DNA of 64,000 nt, taken from positions 7,068,001 through 7,132,000 of the forward strand of contig CATNEN010000034.1 in assembly GCA_950097015.1 (NCBI GenBank), in the 5' to 3' direction. Below, one piece after another: positions 37,685 through 49,900 of this stretch. The stretch comes from Macrostomum hystrix (lineage: Eukaryota; Animalia; Platyhelminthes). The notes under the pieces were generated by a model, which worked only from the letters and a program-made list of their open reading frames with translations, was not told the DNA's origin and made no database searches. Positions within the stretch are counted from its first letter, which is position 1; the number at the start of each line of letters is the position of its first letter. Made by a program: the position numbers and the translations under genes.

Positions 37685-39840
37685 TTTCAGGAATGGGTCA
37701 CAGGCAGTTCCTGGAATGGGTCACAGGCAGTTCATGGAATGGGTCACAGGCAGTTCCTGGAATGGGTCACAGGCAGTTCCTGGAATGGGTCACAGGCAGT
37801 TCCTGGAATGGGTCACAGGCAGTTCCTGGAATGGGTCAGGGGCAGTTCCTGGAATGGGTCAGGGGCAGTTCATGGAATGGGTCAGGGGCAGTTCATGGAA
37901 TGGGTCAGGGGCAGTTCATGGAATGGGTCCGGAGCAGTTCATGGAATGGGTCAGGGGCAGTTCATGGAATGGGTCAGGGGCAGTTCATGGAATGGGTCAG
38001 GGGCAGTTCATGGAATGGGTCACAGGCGGTTTATGGAATGGGTCAGGGGCAGTTCATGGAATGGGTCAGGGGCAGTTCATGGAATGGGTCCGGAGCAGTT
38101 CATGGAATGGGTCAGGGGCAGTTCATGGAATGGGTCACAGGCGGTTTATGGAATGGCTCAGGGGCAGTTCATGGAATGGGTCCGGAGCAGTTCATGGAAT
38201 GGGTCAGGGGCAGTTCATGGAATAGGTCAGGGGCAGTTCATGGAATGGGTCCGGAGCAGTTCATGGAATGGGTCACAGGCAGTTCATGGAATGGGTCAGG
38301 GGCAGTTCATGGAATGGGTCACAGGCAGTTCATGGAATGGGTCCGGAGCAGTTCATGGAATGGGTCAGGGGCAGTTCATGGAATGGGTCACAGGCAGTTC
38401 ATGGAATGGGTCCGGAGCAGTTCATGGAATGGGTCAGGGGCAGTTCATGGAATGGGTTCGGAGCAGTTCATGGAATGGGTCACAGGCGGTTTATGGAATG
38501 GGTCAGGGGCAGTTCATGGAATGGGTCAGGGGCAGTTCATGGAATGGGTCAGGGGCAGTTCATGGAATGGGTCACAGGCGGTTTATGGAATGGGTTAGGG
38601 GCAGTTCATGGAATGGGTCAGGGGCAGTTCATGGAATGGGTCCGGAGCAGTTCATGGAATGGGTTCGGAGCAGTTCATGGAATGGGTCACAGGCGGTTTA
38701 TGGAATGGGTTCGGAGCAGTTCATGGAATGGGTCACAGGCGGTTTATGGAATGGGTCAGGGGCAGTTCATGGAATGGGTCAGGGGCAGTTCATGGAATGG
38801 GTCAGGGGCAGTTCATGGAATGGGTCACAGGCGGTTTATGGAATGGGTCAGGGGCAGTTCATGGAATGGGTCAGGGGCAGTTCATGGAATGGGTCCGGAG
38901 CAGTTCATGGAATGGGTCAGGGGCAGTTCATGGAATGGGTCACAGGCGGTTTATGGAATGGCTCAGGGGCAGTTCATGGAATGGGTCAGGGGCAGTTCAT
39001 GGAATGGGTCACAGGCAGTTCATGGAATGGGTCAGGGGCAGTTCATGGAATGGGTCCGGAGCAGTTCATGGAATGGGTCACAGGCAGTTCATGGAATGGG
39101 TCAGGGGCAGTTCATGGAATGGGTCACAGGCAGTTCATGGAATGGGTCCGGAGCAGTTCATGGAATGGGTCAGGGGCAGTTCATGGAATGGGTCACAGGC
39201 AGTTCATAGAATGGGTCCGGAGCAGTTCATGGAATGGGTCAGGGGCAGTTCATGGAATGGGTTCGGAGCAGTTCATGGAATGGGTCACAGGCGGTTTATG
39301 GAATGGGTCAGGGGCAGTTCATGGAATGGGTCAGGGGCAGTTCATGGAATGGGTCAGGGGCAGTTCATGGAATGGGTCACAGGCGGTTTATGGAATGGGT
39401 CAGGGGCAGTTCATGGAATGGGTCAGGGGCAGTTCATGGAATGGGTCCGGAGCAGTTCATGGAATGGGTCAGGGGCAGTTCATGGAATGGGTCACAGGCG
39501 ATTTATGGAATGGGTCCGGAGCAGTTCATGGAATGGGTCAGGGGCAGTTCATGGAATGGGTCACAGGCAGTTCATGGAATGGGTCAGGGGCAGTTCATGG
39601 AATGGGTCCGGAGCAGTTCATGGAATCGGTCACAGGCAGTTCATGGAATGGGTCAGGGGCAGTTCATGGAATGGGTCCGGAGCAGTTCATGGAATGGGTC
39701 AGGGGCAGTTCATGGAATGGGTTCGGAGCAGTTCAATGAATGGGTCAGGGGCAGTTCATGGAATGGGTTCGGAGCAGTTCATGGAATGGGTCACAGGCGG
39801 TTTATGGAATGGGTCAGGGGCAGTTCATGGAATGGGACAG
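37685..39840. repeat. 23-nt minisatellite (GGGTCAGGGGCAGTTCATGGAAT)n with an 805-bp higher-order duplication
   Basis: Period of 23. The rare variant GGCTCAGGGG occurs at 38156 and 38961 (offset 805 = 35 x 23). Confidence 0.96.
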
Positions 39841-40482
39841 GGCAGTAAATTTCATGCGATAATAAAAAGTCAATAGTTTTGTTAAGTAGCGTTTCAGTTC
39901 AAGTTGTTCGCCCTGGGTCTATTTCATAAGTACAGTAAAATAAGCATATTTTTTTAGAGGACAGACAAAATGGGATCGACAACGAGAGAAAGGAAAATTC
40001 AGAACAAAAATGCGGAGAAACGCAAAAAACGACAATAAACTCGCACAATGGTACTTAACAGTCCTCCCTGTGGGTTATAGGAATATTTAGTGACAATCTC
40101 ATTGCTGTATAATAAACTGGAATCATTTTAAAGAGTCCGTAAATTTATCTGAAGTTAAGAAGTAAAGAAACACAAAAATGGTTGTAATATTTGTCTAATA
40201 GAGTATACTACTTAGATCACAACAAAAACAGTAGTAAAAATGTATATAGTGTTCACGTTTTTGTAATGGAATAATATAGGAAACATAAAAACATAAAGTA
40301 CAATGCACGTCTACGACATGAAATTATATGTGAGTAAATTTTTGTTGTAAAATTTGTTACCAACAAAATTATGACCAGTAAAACACAAAACACGAGTTAA
40401 AATATCTTAAATAGCTATAATGAAATCTGCTTCAACAATGCATGCTCGGCAAACAGGCATGCAAACAACTAAAATCTAAAAG

Positions 40483-40885
40483 GTGGGTCAGAGCAATCCT
40501 GCAGTCTGGGAATGGGTCAGAGCAATCCTGCAGTCTGGGAATGGGTCAGAGCAATCCTGCAGTCTGAGGAATGGGTCAGAGCAATCCTGCAGTCTGGGAA
40601 TGGGTCAGAGCAATCCTGCAGTCTGGGAATGGGTCAGAGCAATCCTGCAGTCTGGGAATGGGTCAGAGCAATCCTGCAGTCTGGGAATGGGTCAGAGCAA
40701 TCCTGCAGTCTGGGAATGGGTCAGAGCAATCCTGCAGTCTGAGGATGGGTCAGAGCAATCCTGCAGTCTGGGAATGGGTCAGAGCAATCCTGCAGTCTGG
40801 GAATGGGTCAGAGCAATCCTGCAGTCTGGGAATGGGTCAGAGCAATCCTGCAGTCTGGGAATGGGTCAGAGCAATCCTGCAGTCT
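40483..40885. repeat. 29-nt minisatellite (GGGTCAGAGCAATCCTGCAGTCTGGGAAT)n just past the PICK1 stop
   Basis: Period of 29, about 14 copies. Confidence 0.94.
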
Positions 40886-40923
40886 TGATTAGTTATAAAA
40901 CCGAGCAGAAAAGCCGGAAGAGG

Positions 40924-43900
40924 CTAGCCCAGTCGCAGCAGCGGCTCCTCGCCAGTGCTGGCTGACTGATCCTCGTCGGCTGCAGATGCGGCGGCCGCTT
41001 CGTCCCAAGCTGCGAAGATCGAATGCGGTGGCGGCTGCTGCGGCGTCTCATCGTCGAGGAAGTCGCGGAATTCTCGAACGCCGGTCGCAGCTGGCGCTGT
41101 GTTGTCGTCGTCTTCTTCCTCGTGCAGCGGGGTGGTACTCTCGTACTGGAAGCTGGTCTTGTTCAGGTCCATCTCGATTGGGAAGATTCGGCAGCCGCGC
41201 ATCACCTCGCAGCAGTCGTTGTGGTACTTGCTCATGGCCTGGACTAGGCGCTGCAGCTGGGACACTGTGTCCTGCACTGGACAGGTGGCAACAGGGTGAG
41301 ACTCTTTAGTGAGATGGGTGAGACTCCACTGTGAGATGGGTGAGACTCTGGTGAGATGGGTGAGACTCCACTGTGAGATGGGTGAGACTCTGGTGAGATG
41401 GGTGAGACTCTGGTGAGATGGGTGAGACTCTGGTGAGATGGGTGAGACTCTAGTGAGATGGGTGAGACTCTGGTGAGATGGGTGAGACTCTACTGTGAAA
41501 TGGGTGAGACTCTGGTGAGATGGGTGAGACTCTGGTGAGATGGGTGAGACTCTGGTGAGATGGGTGAGACTCTGGTGAGATGGGTGAGACTCTGGTGAGA
41601 TGGGTGAGACTCTGGTGAGATGGGTGAGATTCTTTAGTGAGATGGGTGAAATATCAGGTTGAGATGGATGAGATATCATGTTGAGATGGGTGAGATATCA
41701 TGTTAAGATGGGTGAGATATCATGTTGAGATGGGTGAGATTTAACGGTGAGGTGAGATTGGATTATTAGATAGGAGATATGAATGATGAGGTATAAGCAG
41801 AATTTATTCAGTCACATTTGTATCAGTTGGAATCCAATCACTAGTTTACTTAGTATTTACACTAGGCCGTGCGGGAGGCATATATGGTAAATGCTGCAGT
41901 GTTTGAACAAATACACTCCCATGGTTGAAGGCGCCAAATAATTTGAAAGCAAATGGACTAAGGACTAAGAATGAAGCCCGGTAATGGCATTTGTCAAACA
42001 AATCGAGGAATAATTTAAAATCGCCCTGCCAGACTGCACCAACCTGCCAAATTTTATTTGGCAATAAAGTCACGTAGTGCAAATACTTAGTGAGGGGAAG
42101 GACTAGAGAAGATGGGATTTGAGAACACTGGGATGGAATAGGGAAGATGGGATTTGAGAACACTGGGATGGAATAGGGAAGATGGGATTTGAGAACACTG
42201 GGATGGAATAGGAAAGATGGGATTTGAGAACACTGGGATGGAATAGGGAAGATGGGATTTGAGAACACTGGGATGGAATAGGAAAGATGGGAATTGAGAA
42301 CACTGGGATGAAAAAGAGAAAATGGGATTTGAGAACACGGGATGAAAAAGAGAAAATGAGATTTGAAAACACTGGGATGGAATAGGGAAAATGGGATTTG
42401 ACAACACTGGAATGGAAAAGAGAAAATGTGATTTGACAACACTGGGATGGAAAAGAGAAAATGGGATTTGAAAACACTGGGATGAAATAGGGAAAATGGG
42501 ATTTGAGAACACTGGGATGGAATAGGGAAAATGGGATTTGACAACACTGGGATGGAATAGGGAAAATGGGATTTGACAACACTGGGATGGAATAGGGAAA
42601 ATGGGATTTGAAAACACTGGGATGAAATAGGGAAAATGGGATTTGAAAACACTGGGATGGAATAGGGAAAATGGGATTTGACAACACTGGAATGGAAAAG
42701 AGAAAATGTGATTTGAGAACACTGGCATGGAAAAGAGAAAATGGGATTTGAAAACACTGGGATGAAATAGGGAAAATGGGATTAGAGAACACTGGGATGG
42801 AACAGAGAAGATGGGAATTGAGAACACTCGGATGGAATAGGGAAGATGGGATTTGCGAACACTTGGATGGAATAGGGAAGATGGGATTTGACAACACTGG
42901 GATGGAAAAGAGAAAATGGGATTTGAAAACACTGGGATGGAAAAGAGAAAATGGGATTCGAAAACACTGCGATGGAATAGGGAAGATGGGATTTGACAAC
43001 ACTGGGATGGAATAGAGAAAATGGGATTTGAGAAAACTGGGATGGAATAGGGAAAATAGGATTTGAGAACACTGGGATGGAATAGGGAAGATGGGAATTG
43101 AGAACACGGGGATGGAATAGGGAAGATGGGAATTGAGAACACGGGGATGGAATAGGGAAGATGGGAATTGAGAACACGGGGATGGAATAGGGAAAATAGG
43201 ATTTGAGAACACTGGGATGGAATAGGGAAGATGGGAATTGAGAACACGGGGATGGAATAGGGAAGATGGGAATTGAGAACACGGGGATGGAATAGAGAAA
43301 ATGGGACTTAAGAACAGAGGTTGTTTTACAGAGAAATGCAGAGATTACCTAAAGCATTTTTGGCGATAGGTAACCAGTCAGTTATATTGGGAATTTTTCA
43401 GCATCTGCTCACCGTGCTTATTGTCCAGCAGTTCAATCTTCACCAAAACATCGTTGCGCATTTTAGCGAATCGGCTGCGAGCTTCCTGACGGCAGCGCAA
43501 GATAAGCCTGCGAGGGATCAGAACAAATAGGAGAGGATTTAACGTTGTTATTGTAAAAATCCCTATTAGTAACACTTGCACTACTGATTAACTAGCCACT
43601 CACAAACAGTCTCACCTGTACTCACAAACAGTCTCACCTGAACTCATAAACAGTCTCACCTGAACTCACAAACAGTCTCACCTGAACTCACAAACAGTCT
43701 CACCTGAACTCATAAACAGTCTCACCTGAACTCATAAACAGTCTCACCTGTACTCACAAACAGTCTCACCTGAACTCACAAACAGTCTCACCTGAACTCA
43801 TAAACAGTCTCACCTGTACTCATAAACAGTCTCACCTGTACTCACAAACAGTCTCACCTGAACTCATAAACAGTCTCACCTGAACTCATAAACAGTCTCA

Positions 43901-46900
43901 CCTGTACTCACAAACAGTCTCACCTGAACTCATAAACAGTCTCACCTGAACTCATAAACAGTCTCACCTGTACTCACAAACAGTCTCACCTGAACTCACA
44001 AACAGTCTCACCTGAACTCATAAACAGTCTCACCTGAACTCATAAACAGTCTCACCTGTACTCATAAACAGTCTCACCTGAACTCACAAACAGTCTCACC
44101 TGAACTCATAAATAGTCTCACCTGTACTCAAAAACAGTCTCACCTGTACTCACAAACAGTCTCACCTGAACTCATAAACAGTCTCACCTGAACTCATAAA
44201 CAGTCTCACCTGTACTCACAAACAGTCTCACCTGTACTCACAAACAGTCTCACCTGTACTCACAAACAGTCTCACCTAAACTCATAAACAGTCTCACCTA
44301 AACTCATAAACAGTCTCACCTGTACTCACAAACAGTCTCACCTGAACTCATAAACAGTCTCACCTGAACTCATAAACAGTCTCACCTGTACTCATAGTTG
44401 CCACTCTCCACCCGGTAGAGAGGTTCCTGCATCGCCGCAAAGCTGTACTCTTCGTCATCCATTTCCTTCACTTTCAGACAGTAAGACTAAAAGCAATTAA
44501 AAATCCGAGTTGCTAATATCATAAATACTACAATGCCACTGTAAATGAGATAGCAAAATTCACTACCCACCAGATACTCAAACTTGCAGTCCAGGTATTT
44601 CTTAATTGTCAGGCGCGTATCTGGCACCACCTTCGTCAGGAATGTGTTCATATCGCTAATCATCTGCAAGCGATGACGTGTGGGATACATACTGGTTAGA
44701 ATTGACTGTGTCAGAGACATCTGACTGTGTCAGAGACATCTGACTGTGTCAGAGACATCTGACTGTGTCAGAGACATTTGAATGTGTCAGAGACATCTGA
44801 CTGTGTCAGAGACATCTGACTGTGTCAGAGACATCTGGCTGTGTCAGAGACATCTGACTGTGTCAGAGACATCTGACTGTGTCAGAGACATCTGACTGTG
44901 TCAGAGACATCTGGCTGTGTCAGAGACATCTGACTGTGTCAGAGACATCTGACTGTGTCAGAGACATCTGACTGTGTCAGATACATTTGACTGTGTCAGA
45001 GACATTTGAATGTGTCAGATACATCTGTCTGTGTCAGAGACATTTGACTGTGTCAGAGACATTTGAATGTGTCAGATACATCTGTCTGTGTCAGAAACAT
45101 CTGTCTGCGTCAGAGACATCTGTCTGCGTCAGAGACATCTGACTGTGTCAGAGACATCTGACTGTGTCAGAGACATCTGACTGTGTCAGAGACATTTGAC
45201 TGTGTCAGAGACATCTGACTGTGTCAGAGACATCTGACTGTGTCAGAGACATCTGACTGTGTCAGAGACATCTGGCTGTGTCAGAGACATCTGACTGTGT
45301 CAGAGACATCTGACTGTGTCAGAGACATCTGTCTGCGTCAGAGACATCTGACTGTGTCAGCGAAATCTGTCTGCGTCAGAGACATCTGACTGTGTCAGCG
45401 AAATCTGTCACCGTGTCAGTCAGAGACATCGCTGAATTCAGTAGTACACAATGTCAGTGAGCTGATTGTTAGCAATCCATGCCCAACCAATGAAGCGATG
45501 ACAATTAAACATTCGCTGCTATTGGCTGGGCCTCAGAAAGAAAATAAGATAATAAAACAGCGCAACAGAAAGGAATGAATGCAAAAGACAAAGCTAGAAC
45601 CAACCGGTTTGACAGTCTTCAAGCATTCAATGGCCGCCTGCTCCATCCTGCGGTGAGTGCCACCAAACTGGGTGAAGGCCTCGGAGGCTCGCGGCTGCGG
45701 CTCCTTGACGCCAATCTCGGACAAGATCTCGCCGAAGACGCGTTGTACCTGGCTGAGCCGGTAGAAGGCCTTGATGAGACACTTAGTCTGGTTCATCAGG
45801 CCGAAAAACATGCCGGCTGTCCGGTTCATCTCGTCCAGTTTCTTAAGCAGGCCGTCTGCGGGATAACACGGACAGGAAGACATGATTTTAGTGAATAGGC
45901 GCGGCTAGGCATAAATTAGGTGGCATAGGATAACACAGACAGTAAGCATTTGTTACACAAATCAGGTACGACACTAAACGACAACACTTAGATATACGCT
46001 ATCGATCACTAAGTGACTAACTCACAAAGTCACTGAGTCACTAATTAGATCAGGTATGACCAAGACCTGACTAGATCAGACATGACCAAGATCTGACTAG
46101 ATCTGGTATGACCAAGATCTGACTAGATCAGGCATGACCAAGATCTGACTAGATCAGGCATGACCAAGATCTGACTAGATCGGGTATGACCAAGATCTGA
46201 CTAGATCAGGTATGACCAAGATCTGACTAGATCAGGTATGACCAAGATCTGACGATTATCATATTGAGTAAATTTTATGATTGGATCATGATCTGATCGA
46301 AACGAGCATGACGGGGGGAGTTAACACGATTGGTCCTGACATCTAACTTTGCACCTCTGACACCCTTAAGAACCGTGGCGAGGTCGGCAGGTCGTCACTA
46401 CCTGGCCTGGCTTCTGCTTCTAGTTGCAGCAGCGTCTCCAGCAAGGTGTGTCACATTGCAGTTTATCAACTGCACGCAAAACAGCGTCGATTTTGACGCT
46501 GTCTGCCAACGAGCCATCGACGGAGTGAAGGATGGCAGTTTCTATCGTGGCAGCTGCAGCCATACTACGCGAAAAGTTTACGGCGGCTGGTGGACCGGCT
46601 ACTTTGGGGCAAGTCTTGGCGAAGTTTCACACCTTTCTAGATTGCTCTCTTGTGGAAAAGAGCCATGGATTACAATGCGCCGTGTTGTGTATTTTCGTCG
46701 CTATAGTAGCACGAGTCTCAAACATTATGTGACACCTGAAGTAAAACTCATCGTTGCAGACCAAAGCGGCTGTGCGCAATGTGACAATCTGGAACAGGCA
46801 GGACTGCTGCTCAGACAGGCTTAACAATTTCGATCTGAAAGTTGGCGACACCCTTTGCCAAAGTGCCGCCTCGCTTGGAGGCCAGGCTAGCGCCACGCTC

Positions 46901-49900
46901 GACTGCCGAGGCATTAGTGGCGCTAGCGTTACCATAGCAACCAGGCTTGGCGAGGCTCTGACACTTTGCGAAGTGGAAGCGACGGGAGACTACATTAATC
47001 CAGGTGAAATTATAGTCGATTCCCGGCTTGTTTAAAAATCTAGCAAATGTTTTTAAGGAACTCAACTTTGGTAAGTCGCTGGTAGGTCCACAGATACTAT
47101 AACAGTGTTTTATTATATGTGTGTCCACGAGTTCAAACGAAGCGACACCCATTCGGCTGCATACTTTTCCCAGCGACGATGTGGTTGCCAGTGAATGACA
47201 ACGTCTGCCTTAACTAGAATTCATTGAGCTGGCACTCATCCACAAAAGAGGCTTGCGTTTCTGCAACACTTTTCGTCGACGAAGCCTACAGCTGCCCTGC
47301 TTTGCGAGACAAACCGCACTTGAGATTGCGGTGGAATGCTGTTACTGACAAGCAGCGGCTGGCCGCCCGCCCTGACGTCCTACATCAGACCCTGGCCGCC
47401 CGACCTGACGTCCTACATCAGACCCTGGCTGCCCGACCTGACGTCCTACATCAGACCCTGGCCGCCCGACCTGACGTCCTACATCAGACCCTGGCTGCCC
47501 GACCTGACGTCCTACATCAGACCCTGGCTGCCCGACCTGACGTCCTACATCAGACCCTGGCCGCCCGACCTGACGTGCTACATCAGACCCTGGCCGCCCG
47601 ACCTGACGTCCTACATCAGAGCCTGGCCGCCCGACCTGACGTCCTACATCAGAGCCTGGCCGCCCGACCTGACGTCCTACATCAGACCCTGGCCGCCCGA
47701 CCTGACGTCCTACATCAGACCCTGGCCGCCCGACCTGACGTCCTACATCAGAGCCTGGCCGCCCGACCTGACGTCCTACATCAGAGCCTGGCCGCCCGAC
47801 CTGACGTCCTACATCAGAGCCTGGCCGCCCGACCTGACGTCCTACATCAGACCCTGGCCGCTCGTCCTGACGCCTTACAGCACCAAGACAAGCGCCAAGA
47901 CAGACTTAGAAAGGAAACAGTTATCAACTTGTTATTAAAGCTCCAACTCTTTAGCCATCAAGTTCCTTCGTTTTGACCATAAATGAGAGTGCACTCAACT
48001 TTGATAATTTGAAAGCCTACATGTAGGGATGATTTCGTGACTAAGCTGACACGAAAACGCCAATACGTCACTTTTGCAATCTATTTTTAGATCGTTTGAC
48101 GCATCCGTGCTCGTTCACGCTACTAACCAAAGACTAAAAATCTAAATAAAAGTGAACTATCTAGGGTTAAAGTATCTGTGGGTAGGTCTGCGAGATTAAA
48201 AACAAGCATGCACTTTTAAAGAATTGTCTATGCAAAAAAACTGATATAAATAAAAATAGGTGATGCTAAAGGTATTACACCTTTTCCCATTCAATTTCAA
48301 CAAATCTGCGCTGCAATTTAGACAACTTGACATTCATTTTCAATACTCTATTTTTATACCTTCAGTTGGACGTTCAAATTAGACAAAGCTGACTTCAATT
48401 TAAACAGCAGATATTCGATTTAGACAGTGGATATTCAATTTAAACACTTCCTCATTGAGAGCGATTTGTCTATGGTAAAATTCTAGTTCTGAGGCAAAGC
48501 ACGTATTCAATTTAGACACGCTCAGCTTCAGACCCTTGCTTTCCTGTCGCCTCTGCTTCTGACTTTCGGAGAGAGAATTGGAGAGACTAATGTACATTCT
48601 GTAAGATACATATACTCAGTTTATTGTCTATGGAAAGATTGAAAACCGAGATTGAGACTGTAAAGGAAAATGATTTCTGGCCTTGTGGCATTGAATTTAG
48701 CACAGATAAAACGGCGGTCGTTGAACAAGAGAGAAGGCTACTTCTGAGAATTGCTTCTTTCGTGAAGAATATCTGTCTACTGATCTAACGCACGAACATG
48801 GAGGAAGAGGTGAACGGACCGGAGTCAGAAGCGACCGGAAGCGACGTTGATGGCCGCGGCCCGTACGTGCGAATCACGAATCAGGATCGAGCGCGCCTGC
48901 TGGATGCTCATAACAACGGCGAGGACTTCCTGAATTTGGCGGCACTGATGAACATCAAAAGGACGACGGCATACTCAATGCCACAAGGCCAGAAATCATT
49001 TTCCTTTACAGTCTCAATCTCGGTTTTCAATCTTTCCATAGACAATAAACTGAGTATATGTATCTTACAGAATGTACATTAGTCTCTCCAATTCTCTCTC
49101 CGAAAGTCAGAAGCAGAGGCGACAGGAAAGCAAGGGTCTGAAGCTGAGCGTGTCTAAATTGAATGATGGGTGTCTAAATTGAATACGTGCTTTGCCTCAG
49201 AACTAGAATTTTACCATAGACAAATCGCTCTCAATGAGGAAGTGTTTAAATTGAATATCCACTGTCTAAATCGAATATCTGCTGTTTAAATTGAAGTCAG
49301 CTTTGTCTAATTTGAACGTCCAACTGAAGGTATAAAAATAGAGTGTCGAAAATGAATGTCAAGTTGTCTAAATTGCAGCGCAGATTTGTTGAAATTGAAC
49401 GGGAAAAGGTGTAAGACTTGGATACGACACTGTTTAAAATTGGAATTCCTACTTTTTTTCTACTATGAGTAGTTAAGACAAGACTTTCATTTAAGTTAAT
49501 TTAACAACATCGAATGATAAGACGACTAAGAAAGCATTAATATAAAGCATTAGCAACTAGACGAGTCCAAACCATTGCATAGGATGGCCCGGCTAAGGCC
49601 GAGAGCGTCGGCAGTATCGTTGGACATACTTTCAACCACCTTGTGCTTAACCTTCTTCAGTACTATTGAGAATGGTAGTAATTAAATTGCAGAGGTAGGG
49701 TGGGCTAGTTGTGAGTAAAGCATCTATAAACTACAGTAACCATACAGCAGTACATTGTAAAGTTCACCAACTCAAATTTCGCTTCAGCAATTTACTAAGC
49801 AATTGTTTAGTCTAATGGTGTAAAATTAGCAGAAAATCATTTTAGAGGATTACCAGAAAAAAACTGACTGCTTTGATCCGATCAAAATTGGTATTTAGCC

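Noticed and set aside
37677-39876. Long W/G-rich ORFs up to 666 aa
   Set aside because: They are frame-cycling translations of the 23-nt unit, with no unique domain or splice support.
47224-47976. 250-aa (LAARPDVLHQT)n ORF as a further lectin exon
   Set aside because: The 33-nt unit keeps two frames open. I found no phase-1 acceptor that joins the 47004 donor into this frame. It is not fully excluded without RNA data.
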